Assembly (NCBI RefSeq): GCF_037042905.1
Contig: NC_087245.1
Coordinates: 496,001 to 560,000, forward strand
Origin: Lytechinus pictus
Lineage: Eukaryota
DNA length: 64,000 nucleotides
Reading direction: 5' to 3'
Positions within the stretch are counted from its first letter, which is position 1; the number at the start of each line of letters is the position of its first letter. Below are positions 1 to 13,140 of this stretch, piece after piece. The position numbers were made by a program, and so were the translations under genes. The notes beneath the pieces were generated by a model. That model did not search any database. It was given only the letters and a program-made list of their open reading frames with translations, and had not been told where the DNA came from.

Positions 1-518
1 TTATTCACCTCCCACCCCCCAAAAAAATAAGTTGATTTGAACAGACTATTAGAAGTTTATGTTACTTCAAAGTCCTGCTTATTTTTCACAATAGTTACAC
101 ACAAATACAGGGATATAACAATCCTCGTAATAAATCAAATGGCAATTCCAATTCTTCAATGAAAAGTCAAACAATATCGGGATAAGAAATGAAACACTCC
201 AGTCAATTTTTAATGGAAAAAAATTGCTGATTTTTTTTGGTCTAGTTTCTTATAATCTTTTTTGGGTTGGGCTGGGCTGGGAAGGTTTGTCCTTCTTATG
301 GTCATTAAATTTTGCTGTGTTTTTCTCCCCCCCCCCCCCCACTTTACATCTAACTTCACTGATTTTTCACAACCCTGAATATATCTTTGTAGATGAATTG
401 TACTAGTTATTTTAATCCTTCAAATTCATCTTACAAAATGAATGATATTGAAAATCCTCTTCACCCTACTTACTGTATTCCATCAATATCAAAACCACCA
501 CAATCACTACTTCTAGTA

Positions 519-519
519 A

Positions 520-590
<71 letters not shown>

Positions 591-617
591 GCTACTGCTA
601 CTGCTACTACTACTACT
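519..617. repeat. (ACT)n/(GCT)n microsatellite
   Basis: Direct reading. Confidence 0.95.
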
Positions 618-857
618 TCTAAAATTTCTACTAACTTAGTAATACTTTATCTCAATACTTCTGCAAGATTCCAATGATAAGATGGGCAATTTTTTTCAAC
701 AACAACAAATTTACTGCGTATAGGTGTATTTCCTACAGTATGTTTATTGTGTCATCCTCAACAGTTATCCTTTTTTTATAAGAAAACACAAGCAATGGAG
801 GAGAGTAACACCAGAGACACATTAAAACTAGAAGTTTTTTTCAGTCTAAATACTTAC

Positions 858-866
858 CTTGCATCT
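858..866 (-). CDS. NKAIN: candidate 9-nt NKAIN microexon (AGATGCAAG)
   Basis: The minus strand reads ctccacag|AGATGCAAG|gtaagta. It is frame-preserving and stop-free after the phase-2 end of exon 6. No transcript evidence is available. Confidence 0.55.
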
Positions 867-1206
867 CTGTGGAGATATATTGAGAAAGATCACATCAGCA
901 AGGCAGCAGATAGAGACATGCAGTCATCATGCATACATGTAGAAACACAGCAAATATATGTATAGATACAAAATAAGGATAGAGAAAGAGGGATGCCAAT
1001 GGGGAGAAAGAGATAAGAGAAAGGTAGAAAGGTAAAGACAAAGAGACAAGGAAGATTTGGGAGAGACAGAGGATTGAATACAAAAGAGGGAATAGTCAGG
1101 CCAAGAGGTAAAATAGAATGAAAGGATAATTCAGATGAAAATGTGGAGGAAAAGAAGAAGGTGAAGGGGGTCAAAAGAATAAAGTCAAGTAACCATGCAA
1201 TAATCC

Positions 1207-1300
1207 ATGCTAGCATTCCATAGTTGTAATGACATCAGTAAAATCTGATAATAATCTATGCTAGCATTCCATAGTTGTAATGACATCAGTAAAATTTGAT
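1207..1300. repeat. ~51-bp tandem duplication
   Basis: atgctagcattccatagttgtaatgacatcagtaaaat occurs twice. Confidence 0.85.
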
Positions 1301-2013
1301 GTTAATGCATAAACAAAAAGCACTACTAAAAGTTGAATATAAAAGGCCCTGAATGCTCCCCAAAAGGATTAATACAAAATATAATAAATTTACTATGCAA
1401 CTGAATAACATGAATACTGGGGAAAATGAACAGGAAGAAAAATAAAAAGAACTTCGAGGATTTAAAAAGAGTGGATGCGACTAATATCAAAGCTAAAACA
1501 AAGGTCAACTCTTTGCTTATTCATTAGAGATTGAATAAATTTCATTTCTATTTCTTGTGCTACTCTTGTTATTCACATGAAAAATCATTTTTTTTACACT
1601 AAAATCATAAAATTCTGCATCAGTACTAGGAAATAATTGATGCATTGATAATAGTAATAATAATAATAGTAATAATAATAATAATAAAAAGAAAAAAATT
1701 CCCCATATACTTCCAGAAAGAGGCTAAATAAATTTGTTTTCCTTGTTAGCACATTATTTACTTACACAAGCATACATATAAAGACCACAAAAAGCAACCA
1801 ATACAAATGTACATGTACATGTATGTACATGTACAGTGTCCATTATATAAAAGGAAACTGGTTTCACATTTAACACAAACACATTTATGAACACGCATGA
1901 GTAGTACATACATGTAGTTTTATCAAATGAAAATGAAAATTAGTGTAAGTTAGAATATGAAATATAAAGTTATTCAACATTAATCAAAATATGAAGCAGA
2001 AGTTAACACTTAA

Positions 2014-2949
2014 GGACGTTCCACAGTTATGTTTGTGCGCACTATGATCTGTGCATATTTAACACTCCGCGCGCTGACGTCACAATGGATGAACAGGTGA
2101 TTAATTAGCTGTGGGTATGAGCTGATTTTTCTCATCATCTGCATCCTAACTGCAGATCCGATGCGTTATTTTATGAAGCTAAAAGAATGGAATTATTCCA
2201 TGGACCATTAAAAAAAATATCTCTAAAATTTCAAAATACTTTACTCTGCAGTACTGCCAAGAATCACGAATATGATCCCCGAGTTTGAATAAATGGTAGA
2301 GTGGTTTTGATTTTTCTTCACATAGATACAAAGCATTTGGCGCATTTTTGGTGTTTTAAAAAGCACGTTTGCTCTAATAAAAATGCTGATAGTTTGAAAA
2401 CAAGCACATGAACCCCTATTTTTTAATGCTTGTACCTCTTAAGTATAGCTTCCTCTACAACTTTGCAAATTTTGGTGAAAATGACATGGATTTTTAATAA
2501 AGTGCAGCATTTATTGTACTTTTGTAGTCTGTTATTGAAATTTCACATTTTTGAGATTGAGTTTTTGTTATCTTTTACGCCATTTTTAAGAACTGACTGT
2601 GTTGTTAGACTTAAAGTTGCAAACAAATAGCACAATAATTAGATTCTCTATTCTAACGATACAATTATTAACTCTCTTGCGAAATTTGAAGACTTTTTCA
2701 TGTATTTTGACTGAGTAATAGAGGTTTAAACTCATTGTAGTATTCTTGCGAGGTCTAAAAATGCCAAATTCTTTTGAATGCGCAATTCTTAAGAACATCA
2801 ATTTGGGTGAACTTTGAAGCTCTATAGCAAAAAATCAAGCACATGGACCTATGTTAATACTTGCATATTTCGAATATTAAGGTTCTAAAGTATCTATGTG
2901 CAAAGTTTGGTGAAAATGACATGGATTTCACTTTAACTGTGGAACGTCC
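2014..2949. mobile_element. Kolobok-like MITE
   Basis: TTAA TSD and a 16-bp perfect TIR GGACGTTCCACAGTTA. Confidence 0.85.
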
Positions 2950-4039
2950 TTAAAGTAAGTTAGTACAGTGTACATGTATAATAATTGATGGATATAGAAT
3001 AATATGGGGGAATATGTTGTTAAATATATAATTCCTATTTGGACTCATGCACTAATTAGAGCTTTTAAATCTAAACCTATTTCATGATAAGTTCTATAAT
3101 TTGTCTAATAATCACTTTACTGTGATTATTACAATGTGACCTATACAAGAAAACTCAATTTTGCAGACAGTATTCTACACCCTACTGGTTTGCCCAATTC
3201 ATATCATACCTATAATTCTAGCTAACACTTCTTAGTCTACAAAAATATACACCTTTCTAATACATTGTATATAAACAACCAAAAAGGGGAGAGGGGATCA
3301 TACAATATTGTTGGTACAGTGGCAGATACAAGAGTTCATGTATGTGACATTGCTATAATGCATAAAAATGCATATTGATCAATATGTTTATTTGTCGATA
3401 GTTATCAATATCGGTAAGATATTTTAGCGATATATCGACAGAGAATTTTCTTAACGATAACAGCACCAGTTTCTTTATAAGCCATAGCGGTATTATGTAG
3501 ATCATCTGGCTGGCTACCTGGGGCTCTTTACAATTTACATATGACTGAAGAATGGTGACCATTTCTTGTACTATATGATATCCCATTGATGTACAGTAAC
3601 TGACTTGCTCTTAAAAACATGTTATATTAATAGTGCATAAGGTCACATGTAACTTTCAAATGAGCAGGTTTATTATAAAACAACCATTCTTGTACATAGT
3701 ATTATATAAAGGAAACCTTTAATAATTCATTAATGTACTTGAAATAAAGTACTTTCAGTATACTTTCAAAAACTCCTAAGAATTTTGGCTGATTACAAAA
3801 GAGAGACAAAAAGGGATAATATGCAAGAAACACATAAAAAAAAAAATAAAAAAAAAAAATGGGGCATGGGGCCATACATAAAACAAACAAAATATAACTG
3901 AAAAATGCAAACTAAACAAACCAAACAAAAAATTCAATGTATCTTTTGTCCGAGTGAACCCTCACAATTTTAAAACACAGAAATACAAAGAAAGACACAA
4001 CTCTGTTCACACTGACATTCTAAAACCCTTACTACTTAC

Positions 4040-4133
4040 ACATAGATTGGTTCCAATTGCATTGTTGCAGGTGGCTTTTGTGCATGTGAGTTGTAGGCAG
4101 TGTATGAAGAATCAAAACCACCGATAAAATCAA
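4040..4133 (-). CDS. NKAIN: NKAIN coding exon 6 (FDFIGGFDSSYTAYNSHAQKPPATMQLEPIY(V))
   Basis: Contains the FDFIGGFD and QLxPxY motifs of the NKAIN C-terminus. Acceptor ttttgtag. The GTAAGT donor overlaps an in-frame GTG-TAA (stop at 4036-4038 if unspliced). Confidence 0.93.
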
Positions 4134-5872
4134 CTACAAAACAAGAAAACAAAAAATGAAAAGAAAGGAACAAAAATAAAAATAGGCAAAGAAGAATGCT
4201 ATAAAATGTATAATAACAAATGATGAAAATCATAAAACATAATTTGAAGATAAAAGAAATAATAAAAATCATATTTATAATGGAGGATATATGAAAGTGA
4301 GAAAATGAAATGGTCCAGAAAGAAAAGTGATGATAAATTACAAACTATCTGAGTAATCTAGGGTCTGTGTGTAAAATGACTCACAATAAACTTACAAATT
4401 GATTTAAATTAAGAAAGTTACAAAGATGTACAGTATCAGAGAAGACAACAGACAATGCCCAAAGTACATGTATTCCATGTATAGAATAACATCTTTTTTT
4501 AATCTACACCCCCCCCCCTCATTCACAGCACATACATGTACATCTATGAACACATACATACATGTACAGTATCTATCCAAACACAGTTTTACTATCAAAA
4601 GCTTGTAATGTCAAATTGGAAATGTGAAAAATTAACATGGTTTTATTTTAGGAGCTCTTGGTTGCTACAATAATGTAATGCCTGTATCTACAGTATTGTA
4701 CATCTACTGTAGAATGCTAACATACATGTAGGGTGTGTTCAATGTTGATTTTCCAATTTAAACAACGCATGAATAAACACAAAATGCAATTACAAACACA
4801 GAACACAAAAACAATCAATGGTGCACCATTCACATTCAAATATTTAAAGGTGATGATATGTACATGTACGTTAATCATCTGTTCCCTCTCAAAAACTACA
4901 CATACTGTAACATCAGTGGAGCTTAGTGTGAAGTTTGATCCATCAAAAGAAAAGTCAACTCTAGCGCGAGCTTTTTGAAGTCATGTAAAAACTTCCACTG
5001 TGAGAGCACATTTTAAGAAGAGTGAAAAGAGAACAGGCAAAATTTTTTAACTTTGTGGTCAACATCGTAGGCAGCGCACGGTGCTAGTATACTGTAGTGT
5101 GACCGTGATGCTTCAAAAATGAAAACCTTATGGTAAGATCTGCACAAAAAAGTCTAAATTTCACAAAGAAATATGCAGGCGAATTTCTCTCCCATCTCCT
5201 GGACCCAATTAAACAGCATACCTGGTTGAGCCGAGTCGGCCAGCACTGAATAATCGCATGCATGCAAGCACTTTGTACTAGCACGCTCAACAGATGTCAA
5301 CTTTTTCCCATGAAGCATTGCAAATTTTGGCCTGTCCACTGCAACCGATAGATGGCGCACCGTATTGTGAATCCACCAAATTGAAGCTGATAGTCATGCA
5401 AAACGTACCCATTTAGGCATTTAAATTGTCCTCCAAATCGACATCTAAAAAAAACGTTACATTTTACTTAAACGACTGAGCATGGGGAACAATGAACACA
5501 CACTGTTCTTTTTATATCTGCATTCTGTAATTGCACTGTGTATCATGATTCATGTTGCTGTTTAAATTCAAAAATCGACATTGAACACACCCTGGTAAAC
5601 TACATATCCTACGTATCTACTACCAGCCCCAATGGAAGTCAGTCTTTAATGAACCTTAAGGATGGTTGAATATGGCGTGCATGTGCATTTAATTTATGAC
5701 GGTCTATTCATATCTTTCTCTACTCTTGAAGTGGTACATGAGCAACACAACTCATCATAACCCAAGTTGTCAAGTGGAAATTTTTTATTAGCACAGGCAG
5801 AGTTCCTCCATTCAGAATATGCGTAGTATGTCAGATAAGGCTCATGAGTTTAGCAATGTGTATTTGATAACA

Positions 5873-7417
5873 TTTCAACCAACGAACGTAGAGGGCAGCA
5901 ACACACTTCAGTGTTGCTTTTAGGAAGGTCCACTCCGCTCAGATTTTGTGACCACTTACATGTAAGCTCCGCCCCTCACTCAATGCACTTTTTTGGTAGA
6001 TTGTAGAGTTGATTTTTTCGGTTGTTCAATTTACTATATTTTATGGATACTGAAAACTCCACGAAATATTTTTTGAAAAAAGTAAGACAAAACGTAATCA
6101 TGATTCTTGTAGTTTGCACATAAATAAAGATACATAGTCTGATGACATTATATTACTGTTTTTCTGCTTAATTTTGCTGCCCATACCAAGCTACACCAAC
6201 ACCAGAGCCAATACCTTGATCTTCTGGCCTGGCCGCGCCGAAACTTCCCAGGACACATCGGTGCGCGTACTGCGCAAAGCCAGACATGGACCTGAACGAT
6301 ATGGACTTGATCTGTCATTGATGTGGCACTAACTGCCAGTTGCAATGATAAATGTTCAAGGTTAGAATCCTAATTTTCTCTTACAGTGTAGATCGGAGTC
6401 TGAAAATATAAAATAATTATGTGATATCCACAAATCCGACCCAACTTTTTTACAACCCATCAGGCAGATATCGAATACAGCCACCAGTCAAGTCCTAGTC
6501 CAAAGTTAGACCTAATTAACAGACCAAAATTATCTGGTCCAGTATCGAGCCATGTATGTTTTGATGGGCCTTGACTTGTGAACTATCAAGTGGCAAAGGT
6601 ATGTGTCACAGCTACTTTTTTCATTCTATAATTTCATCCAAATTTGTGTTAGCATGCACAAATACCAGCCAACCGTATCCTACCTCCGCACCTACCGGCC
6701 GGCTGGGGCGCCGGCGCGGTTGGTCAGCTATGACGCTGACACTCAAGCGATATGGCACTGCCGCTGGATTGTGTAGGCGCATTAATGTGGTGCAGCGAAA
6801 TTTAGATGAATGTTCAACCTCACGTATATTTGTTATCATATTGATATGCGAAAGACATAAAATTGTTATCACCACCACGTAATATTTCAGGAAAATACAG
6901 GAATGAATATTGAATATTTTTAAGCGTAAGATTTGCTGTAAAAATCTTTCAAGTACAAATGTTGAAAATGAGGAAATTAAAAAAAATCAATTCTACAATC
7001 TACTAAAAAAGTGCGCTGAGTGAGGGGCTGAGCTTAAAAGCGGTCACAAAATGAGCTTGACTAAATCGGAGTGAAATTAGCAGATTGGATCATTTGATGG
7101 CAGAATTCAATCCTGTTTACCGAAGAATTAAAAAAATATAAGTCAATAATCTAGTAATATTTTGAATTTCAAAATGTGGTACATGTACATTTGTTTTGAT
7201 ATTTTTGAATTTCTATTATTGGAATTTAGTCTTGTCATATTCTGTTAGTTTACCTCTTTTTTTTTTATTAATCTCTGAATGTATTGCGTCGGTTCATGGT
7301 TTCATTGGCATGCCTACCAAATTGTGTGCGCACTTTAATTGCATGCACGTATCAAGTGGACCTTCCTAATAGCAACACTGCCGTGTGTTGCTGCCCTCTA
7401 CGTTCGTTGATTTCAAC
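5873..7417. mobile_element. unclassified MITE with ~60-bp TIRs and an internal inverted pair
   Basis: caacgaacgtagagggcagcaacacac...ggaaggtccact is mirrored at 7355-7410. A second inverted pair lies at 5940-6020 / 6980-7055. Confidence 0.75.
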
Positions 7418-8551
7418 TATTCCATGAACATAAACATTATAAGGGTCCTGAATGAGAAAGATAAAATCAAATGAAAGTTTACCCAGGTATGTGTTTCATA
7501 AAGCTGTTGTTAGTTAGAAGCTACTTTAACATCAATGAAAATTTTGTTTATTTCCACAAGAAAGGATCACCAGTCATTCGTTAAGTCACTTGTAACTTAC
7601 AAACAGCTTTTATGAAACACCTTCAGGTGCTAAATTGGGAACGTAGCCGGTAGGATGTGAAAGCCAGTCACTGTAACTTGTCAAGCATTGTGAGCACCTC
7701 ACATAGCAACAGGCTGGAATACTCCTCATTGAGTGAAGGATGTACATATGTTGTGTCCCGGAATGACTGATTAAATCTGGTAACCGGAGTAATGATAATC
7801 TATAAAGCGATCATTCCTAATGACCCAATATCAACTTTCTTCTGTGCTTTTAGTTTGAGGCATTAACAAACAGGTCATCATAAGCAGTAGTGCTTGGAAT
7901 ATTGTAGACCCCCAAACTCCTCAGAATAATTTGTTGGTACCGGGTAAATTATTTCTTTTGATTTATTGGCAGACTAATCACAAGTATATTATGTAAGGAA
8001 TTTAAGAAAAAGGAAGGAGATAAAGAAAGGTTACCGGTATCTTTACCTGCACACAATACGAGTTGGCCTCCAATAATGTCAAACTTTATACTATGGTATA
8101 CCATCCTCCTAAACCTATAGTTAAATGCTGCACTATAATGTCCTTGGTTTATCACTGTACAGTGATCTATTAATATAATTATAATAACTCACATGGATTA
8201 GGGTTGATTAATAAAGTAGACAAGAACAAATAAGCATGGCATATTACCCAGTCATGTAAACAATTTGTAGGCTTGCAATCTACCGAAAAATTGGGATCTA
8301 TCATCTTTGCTTATAATCAAGTTCATTAAATTTGTAACCCCCTGAGTTGCCCTAATTTTAATGAGGGCAACTCAAGGGGGTTACAAATTTGCCGCAAATT
8401 TCGAAGGAATAATCTTATACATGTAGCCCCCGAACTTCCTTAAATATTAAACCCTTAAAGATCTTCTAGAGACTTTTCATGATAGAAACTCTATAGTATA
8501 ATACATGTATTGACCTGTCCTAGTTCATAACAGATACACCATCTTAAGAAT

Positions 8552-8790
8552 AGATGTACAAACACATACAGGTACGCTCTCTGAAGTAATCAATAGAGGA
8601 TTCCCCATACGAGATGTACGAACACATACAGGTACGCTCTCTGAAGTAATCAATAGAGGATTCCCCATACGAGATGTATGAACACATACAGGTACGCTCT
8701 CTGAAGTAATCAATAGAGGATTCCCCATACGAGATGTACAAACACATACAGGTACGCTCTCTGAAGTAATCAATAGAGGATTCCCCATAC
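8552..8790. repeat. 60-bp tandem repeat x4
   Basis: Near-identical units agatgtacaaacacatacaggtacgctctctgaagtaatcaatagaggattccccatacg. Confidence 0.95.
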
Positions 8791-9090
8791 CATGAGTTTA
8801 TTCAGGAGAATATTTGGCCCTAAAAAAGACCACCAAAACTCAATATTTCAACAGTCTTGTTGTCATCAGGAGAATGAACTACAGAGTATATCTGGCCATT
8901 TTCATTGGAAAAGAACAGCTCCTGCCTCTATTATTCTACAACGAAAGCTAATATCTATGAGAAGAAAAGGAGCAAACAGGCACCCGCATTACATGAATTA
9001 ATGCATAACGGTATCACACGCAAAGTTCATGCAGCTTATAAAAGCTATGCATAGCCAAAAGTGAATATAACAAATTAACAATATACTTAC

Positions 9091-9151
9091 AGCTGTCTTC
9101 TTCTTCGTTGAATTTTTTTAACATAACCATTGCCCAAATGATACCCAGGAC
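9091..9151 (-). CDS. NKAIN: NKAIN coding exon 5 (VLGIIWAMVMLKKFNEEEDS+T)
   Basis: Contains the EEEDS motif. Acceptor tgtag, donor GTAAGT, 61 bp, phase 0/1. It joins exon 6 to give EEEDSFDFIGGFD. Confidence 0.93.
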
Positions 9152-10215
9152 CTACATGTAGATAAACAAGGCAGATGAGAAGTGAGGACAAGAAAAGAGA
9201 AAGAAGAGAAAATACATGTTATGTACATGTAAGTTGTCATGGAAACTGGCTCAGGTACAGTCCAGGTGAAGGAGAATACTGTCATAAAAATGTCAAAATT
9301 GAAACAGAATGTGAGAACGACCTATAGGCCTATTGTAGATGGGTCTACAAAGAAATAGATGCTATGCGCCATGTACATGTATATCTGGAATATTAGGAGG
9401 AAACTTTAATGAGATTATGAATGATGGACAATAAATTACAATACCAATACTGGACAAGGAAACATCAGCTTTAATTTTATCAACTTTGTTACAATTTAAA
9501 CAATGAGTTTCATATCTGACAATGACTGAAATCCATGTTGCATATAAAGGCAGGAAATTTTGCTGTAAGGAAACTATGCTATCAAAATTCCATGGAAGTT
9601 TTGAAACCGGGATTTTGATTGGTTATTCAGCAATGTTGTCATAGTAATAATACAATCAATGACAGGGATATGATAATTTGTATAAAATGTTTCTCAGGAA
9701 GAGGGGTTTATTACAGCTTCTTATTCATTAGATACATTATTTTGTATTTTTCGTTTGATGATTCCATTTATATTTATCTTAGTCCATAATCCAAAGATTT
9801 ATCTGAATGTTTGTTATTATGAAAATGAAATTAGGTTTGCTATTTGGTAGGTACATGTATGACAGTCTGAAAATGAGGTTTGTATAGCTTTGTACTTTAA
9901 TACCCTATTTCATTTTGGGACTATCAAACTTTCAGAATAACACTCTTTTCATTTTAAGACAATCAGATCTTTGGAACAGAAAACCTTATTTTAGGGTTGG
10001 ATTAAAACCTTCCGAAAAACATACCATATTTTCTTTTCAGACCAATGGACATTCAGAATAATGACTGAAATGTCCAAATAAACAAAAACTTGGTCAAATC
10101 ATCCTAGTATGATTCTATTACCATACAGTTCATACAAATGTGTAATGGACTTTGGAATTGTGGGGGGGGGGAGCTGAGGGAACACATCGCCATTACACTG
10201 TACATTAATACTTAC

Positions 10216-10416
10216 ACATAAAAAGCATTGAAGAGCAGCATGAATAACCTCTACATATCTGTAGTCTAAGAGGCAACCAGTAACACCTATCCTCTCTGAT
10301 GTACTCATACCATTAGGCAATGTGGTGATGTTATATGTCACTGAACAATTAAAACCTTGCTCAATCCACCAACTTTCACTGCTGCTAGTGTTAAATGTAA
10401 GAATATAATGATGTTG
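10216..10416 (-). CDS. NKAIN: NKAIN coding exon 4 (QHHYILTFNT...SWWIEQGFNC...VTGCLLDYRYVEVIHAALQCFLC)
   Basis: Contains the LTFN, SWW and GCLLDYxYxE motifs. Acceptor T-tract plus gcag, donor GTAAGT, 201 bp. Confidence 0.95.
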
Positions 10417-11084
10417 CTGCAAAAAAAAATAAAAGACAGAGAGAAAAAAAATCACTGATAGTCTAAAATCAATTCCTGTTTTAAATTTAATTGCCTGCCT
10501 TGAATAATTGTAATGAAGAGCTACATACATGTACGTACGGTACTACACATACATGAAATACAGAATACTGAATTACAGACAACTTTAATAATTCATTACT
10601 TCTTTAAGAGCCCGGTTTCATGGACTACAAGTACAGTATTATTGACAAAACATGTACATGTTTGAACTTTGATCTACATGTATAGGCTTTTATTACTCTT
10701 TAAAAACAGTTACACATCAACTACAATATAATTTTTTTAAACTGAGATTCACACACAAAAACACAGTACCTGTACATCTCTTACTTACATGTATGTCATA
10801 AAAAACATTCTGAGATTCAGGAATCAGAATTGATATTTCCACGGTATGAGCACTCTGGAAAATGACAAGCCATGTGAACTTGTCAAGTTCCAATCATACA
10901 AAGTACAGTGTGACTTATCCGCACTTTCAAAATCTTATACAGATTTATGCCCAGTTTCTTGAACACCGTCATTTATCATTGATGTTTGCATTGATATTAG
11001 AATGAGTCGAGTGTTGTTTTGAGAGATGGTTTTCGTATTTCTTCCTGTACCATCATATGCATGTATAGAGAGTATGTACATGTA

Positions 11085-11270
11085 TGTTATGAACTTTTTT
11101 AGATGCTTTATGATAACTTGGCAAGCATCCCTGCAAATGTTATATGAGGTATTCCAAGCAGCTGACATTAATGGATTTGACAGCTAGAAAGCTTGTCTGG
11201 ATACCAGGCTTGCTATGATGAGGAATATATCCAATTCCTCTTTCACGATATTTCTGTCTGGTTTTTATAA
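11085..11270 (-). pseudogene. possible Harbinger-type transposase remnant
   Basis: VKEELDIFL...NTSYNICRDACQVIIKHLKKFI with an internal stop. It weakly resembles the HTH region of PIF/Harbinger nucleases. Confidence 0.3.
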
Positions 11271-11606
11271 TGTCAATGTGCATGAAAATTCAAATTTATG
11301 TTGGACATTCCTTCATTGTAGCTCTCAATCTCATACATGTACAGGTATCCTCCCTGTTCTTTCATTTCCAAATTTCATCTACCCAATTTCATAGAGGAAT
11401 CTCGCTCGGCCTTCCACGCTCAACATACATGTCCACATCTGTTTTTAAGATAGTGTATAAATCTACTGTACGTCTGGCAGGGAATGGCAATAAAGGCCAT
11501 CCTGTACTAAAACCAGCTCAGAATGCCCTGAACATTATTACACTTGCCCTGTCTATAATTTTAATAAACCAACTCTGTCCCATCATGGAAATCCAGGGTT
11601 ACTTAA

Positions 11607-12349
11607 CCCTATAGCACCAACAGATTCCTATGCATAATGGCAATTACTCACTGGAGGAAACGATAAAACTGGTAATAAGTAGGCATTGTTCCAAACAAAT
11701 TGAAATAGTTTTTTATAAATTTACTTTTGTTCATTACAAGTTATATTTATTTTGTAGCATAGGACTTGTTGAATAGAATGGTACATGGCAAAGTTCAATC
11801 AGATGTACGAATATTGACCTTTGACAATCGTTTGCAGAGCGAGAAGAAAAAAAACAAAAGTTCGGGTTTCAGCCGCCCCAGTCCCACGCCTTCAAAAAAA
11901 TGTAAAGTATCACTGACAGAATACTAAAGTTTTCGCCAAATCTTGGATCAAATATGTCAAAAAATTAATTCCAACTCACATCTAGATGTCACTCTGTGTG
12001 ATATCCAACGTTTTGATGAACATATAGCAACGCCCGAGCTTCTTCGGCGAAGTAAGTGGTTTTCCGAGACATGGACGCAGCCATCTTTGCTGAGATCGAC
12101 TGCGCAACAGTCTGGAACTTGCTACACACCGATGCATGTCAATCGGTTTTTCTCTATTATACTCAATAGGAGCATACACTTTTCTATGCAGATCTATGTA
12201 GCAGCCAACCTATGCGGTATGCACACGCAATATTACCACGGTAAATCATAGACAAGAGATACTATAGCGCAAAGAAAACGTACGGGCGGTTAAAGGCGGT
12301 TCAGTGTGAAATAGGAAGGGCGGTCTCGGGCGGTTCAGGTGCTAAAGGG
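11607..12349. mobile_element. piggyBac-like MITE
   Basis: TTAA TSD, TIR CCCTATAGCACC / GGTGCTAAAGGG. Confidence 0.8.
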
Positions 12350-12739
12350 TTAAAATGTAGGCCTATATCTGTGATTTTCATTAATTTTCTGTTTTCTCCC
12401 TGTGCAAGTATGTAGCCTAGACTATCAGTATAGAATATGACATTACTGTGTAAAATAATATTATTATTGAACAACAGTACATGTACATGTATGAAGAGCA
12501 ACTTTAATGTGGTATATTTTTTGTACGTATAAATCTTTGGGGATGCATATACATACATGTACATGTTGTCTACATCATAGTAAATACTACAACATGACTG
12601 CAGAGAAACTATACTGATAGGAATAGCTTTGAGATTGTATACATGTAAAGCCTACATTTGTAGATTGTTATTGAAGAATAAGTCAGGGAAAATGCGGGCA
12701 ATTTTCTCTTGATTTTGAAATATTTCCAAAAGCAGTAAA

Positions 12740-13118
12740 GGGCGATTCCATGCTAGAAAAATCAGCCATTTTCACAACATTTTTCAACCTGCTGTCCAAA
12801 AGAACTTTAATTTGCTTTGTGGTAATATTAAAGTACTACTGGGTAAACATGCAAAAAACTGACAGCCAATATGTTGTCCATACATGTAGGTGAATTAGAG
12901 CTAAAAATGTTGAGTGTTGTACGGGACATTTCTGCGTCCCGTACGACACACAACATTATTACTATAATTACCCATAATCAATTTTTTTTGTGTTGGTTAT
13001 TAGTTTTTCACATAACTACCCACTATACAATGTAGCTTTATCATTGACAAAAAAGGATATTTTATTGCTCAAGCATTCGGCTGTCAAAATGTCCCGTACA
13101 ACACCTATGGAATCACCC
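12740..13118. mobile_element. GGG...CCC MITE (Sola2-like)
   Basis: TIR GGGCGATTCCAT / ATGGAATCACCC, flanks TAAA/TATA, internal gtcccgtac repeats. Confidence 0.65.
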
Positions 13119-13140
13119 TATAAAGCCTGATGCTGTGTAC

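Noticed and set aside
393..677. Poly-Thr/Ala ORF (also the poly-Leu/Ser-Tyr ORFs at 63757-63992)
   Set aside because: Microsatellite translations.
8525..8790. CRISPR-like array or repeat-protein ORFs
   Set aside because: The units are contiguous with no unique spacers, the context is a eukaryotic intron, and the ORFs are a by-product of the 60-bp period.
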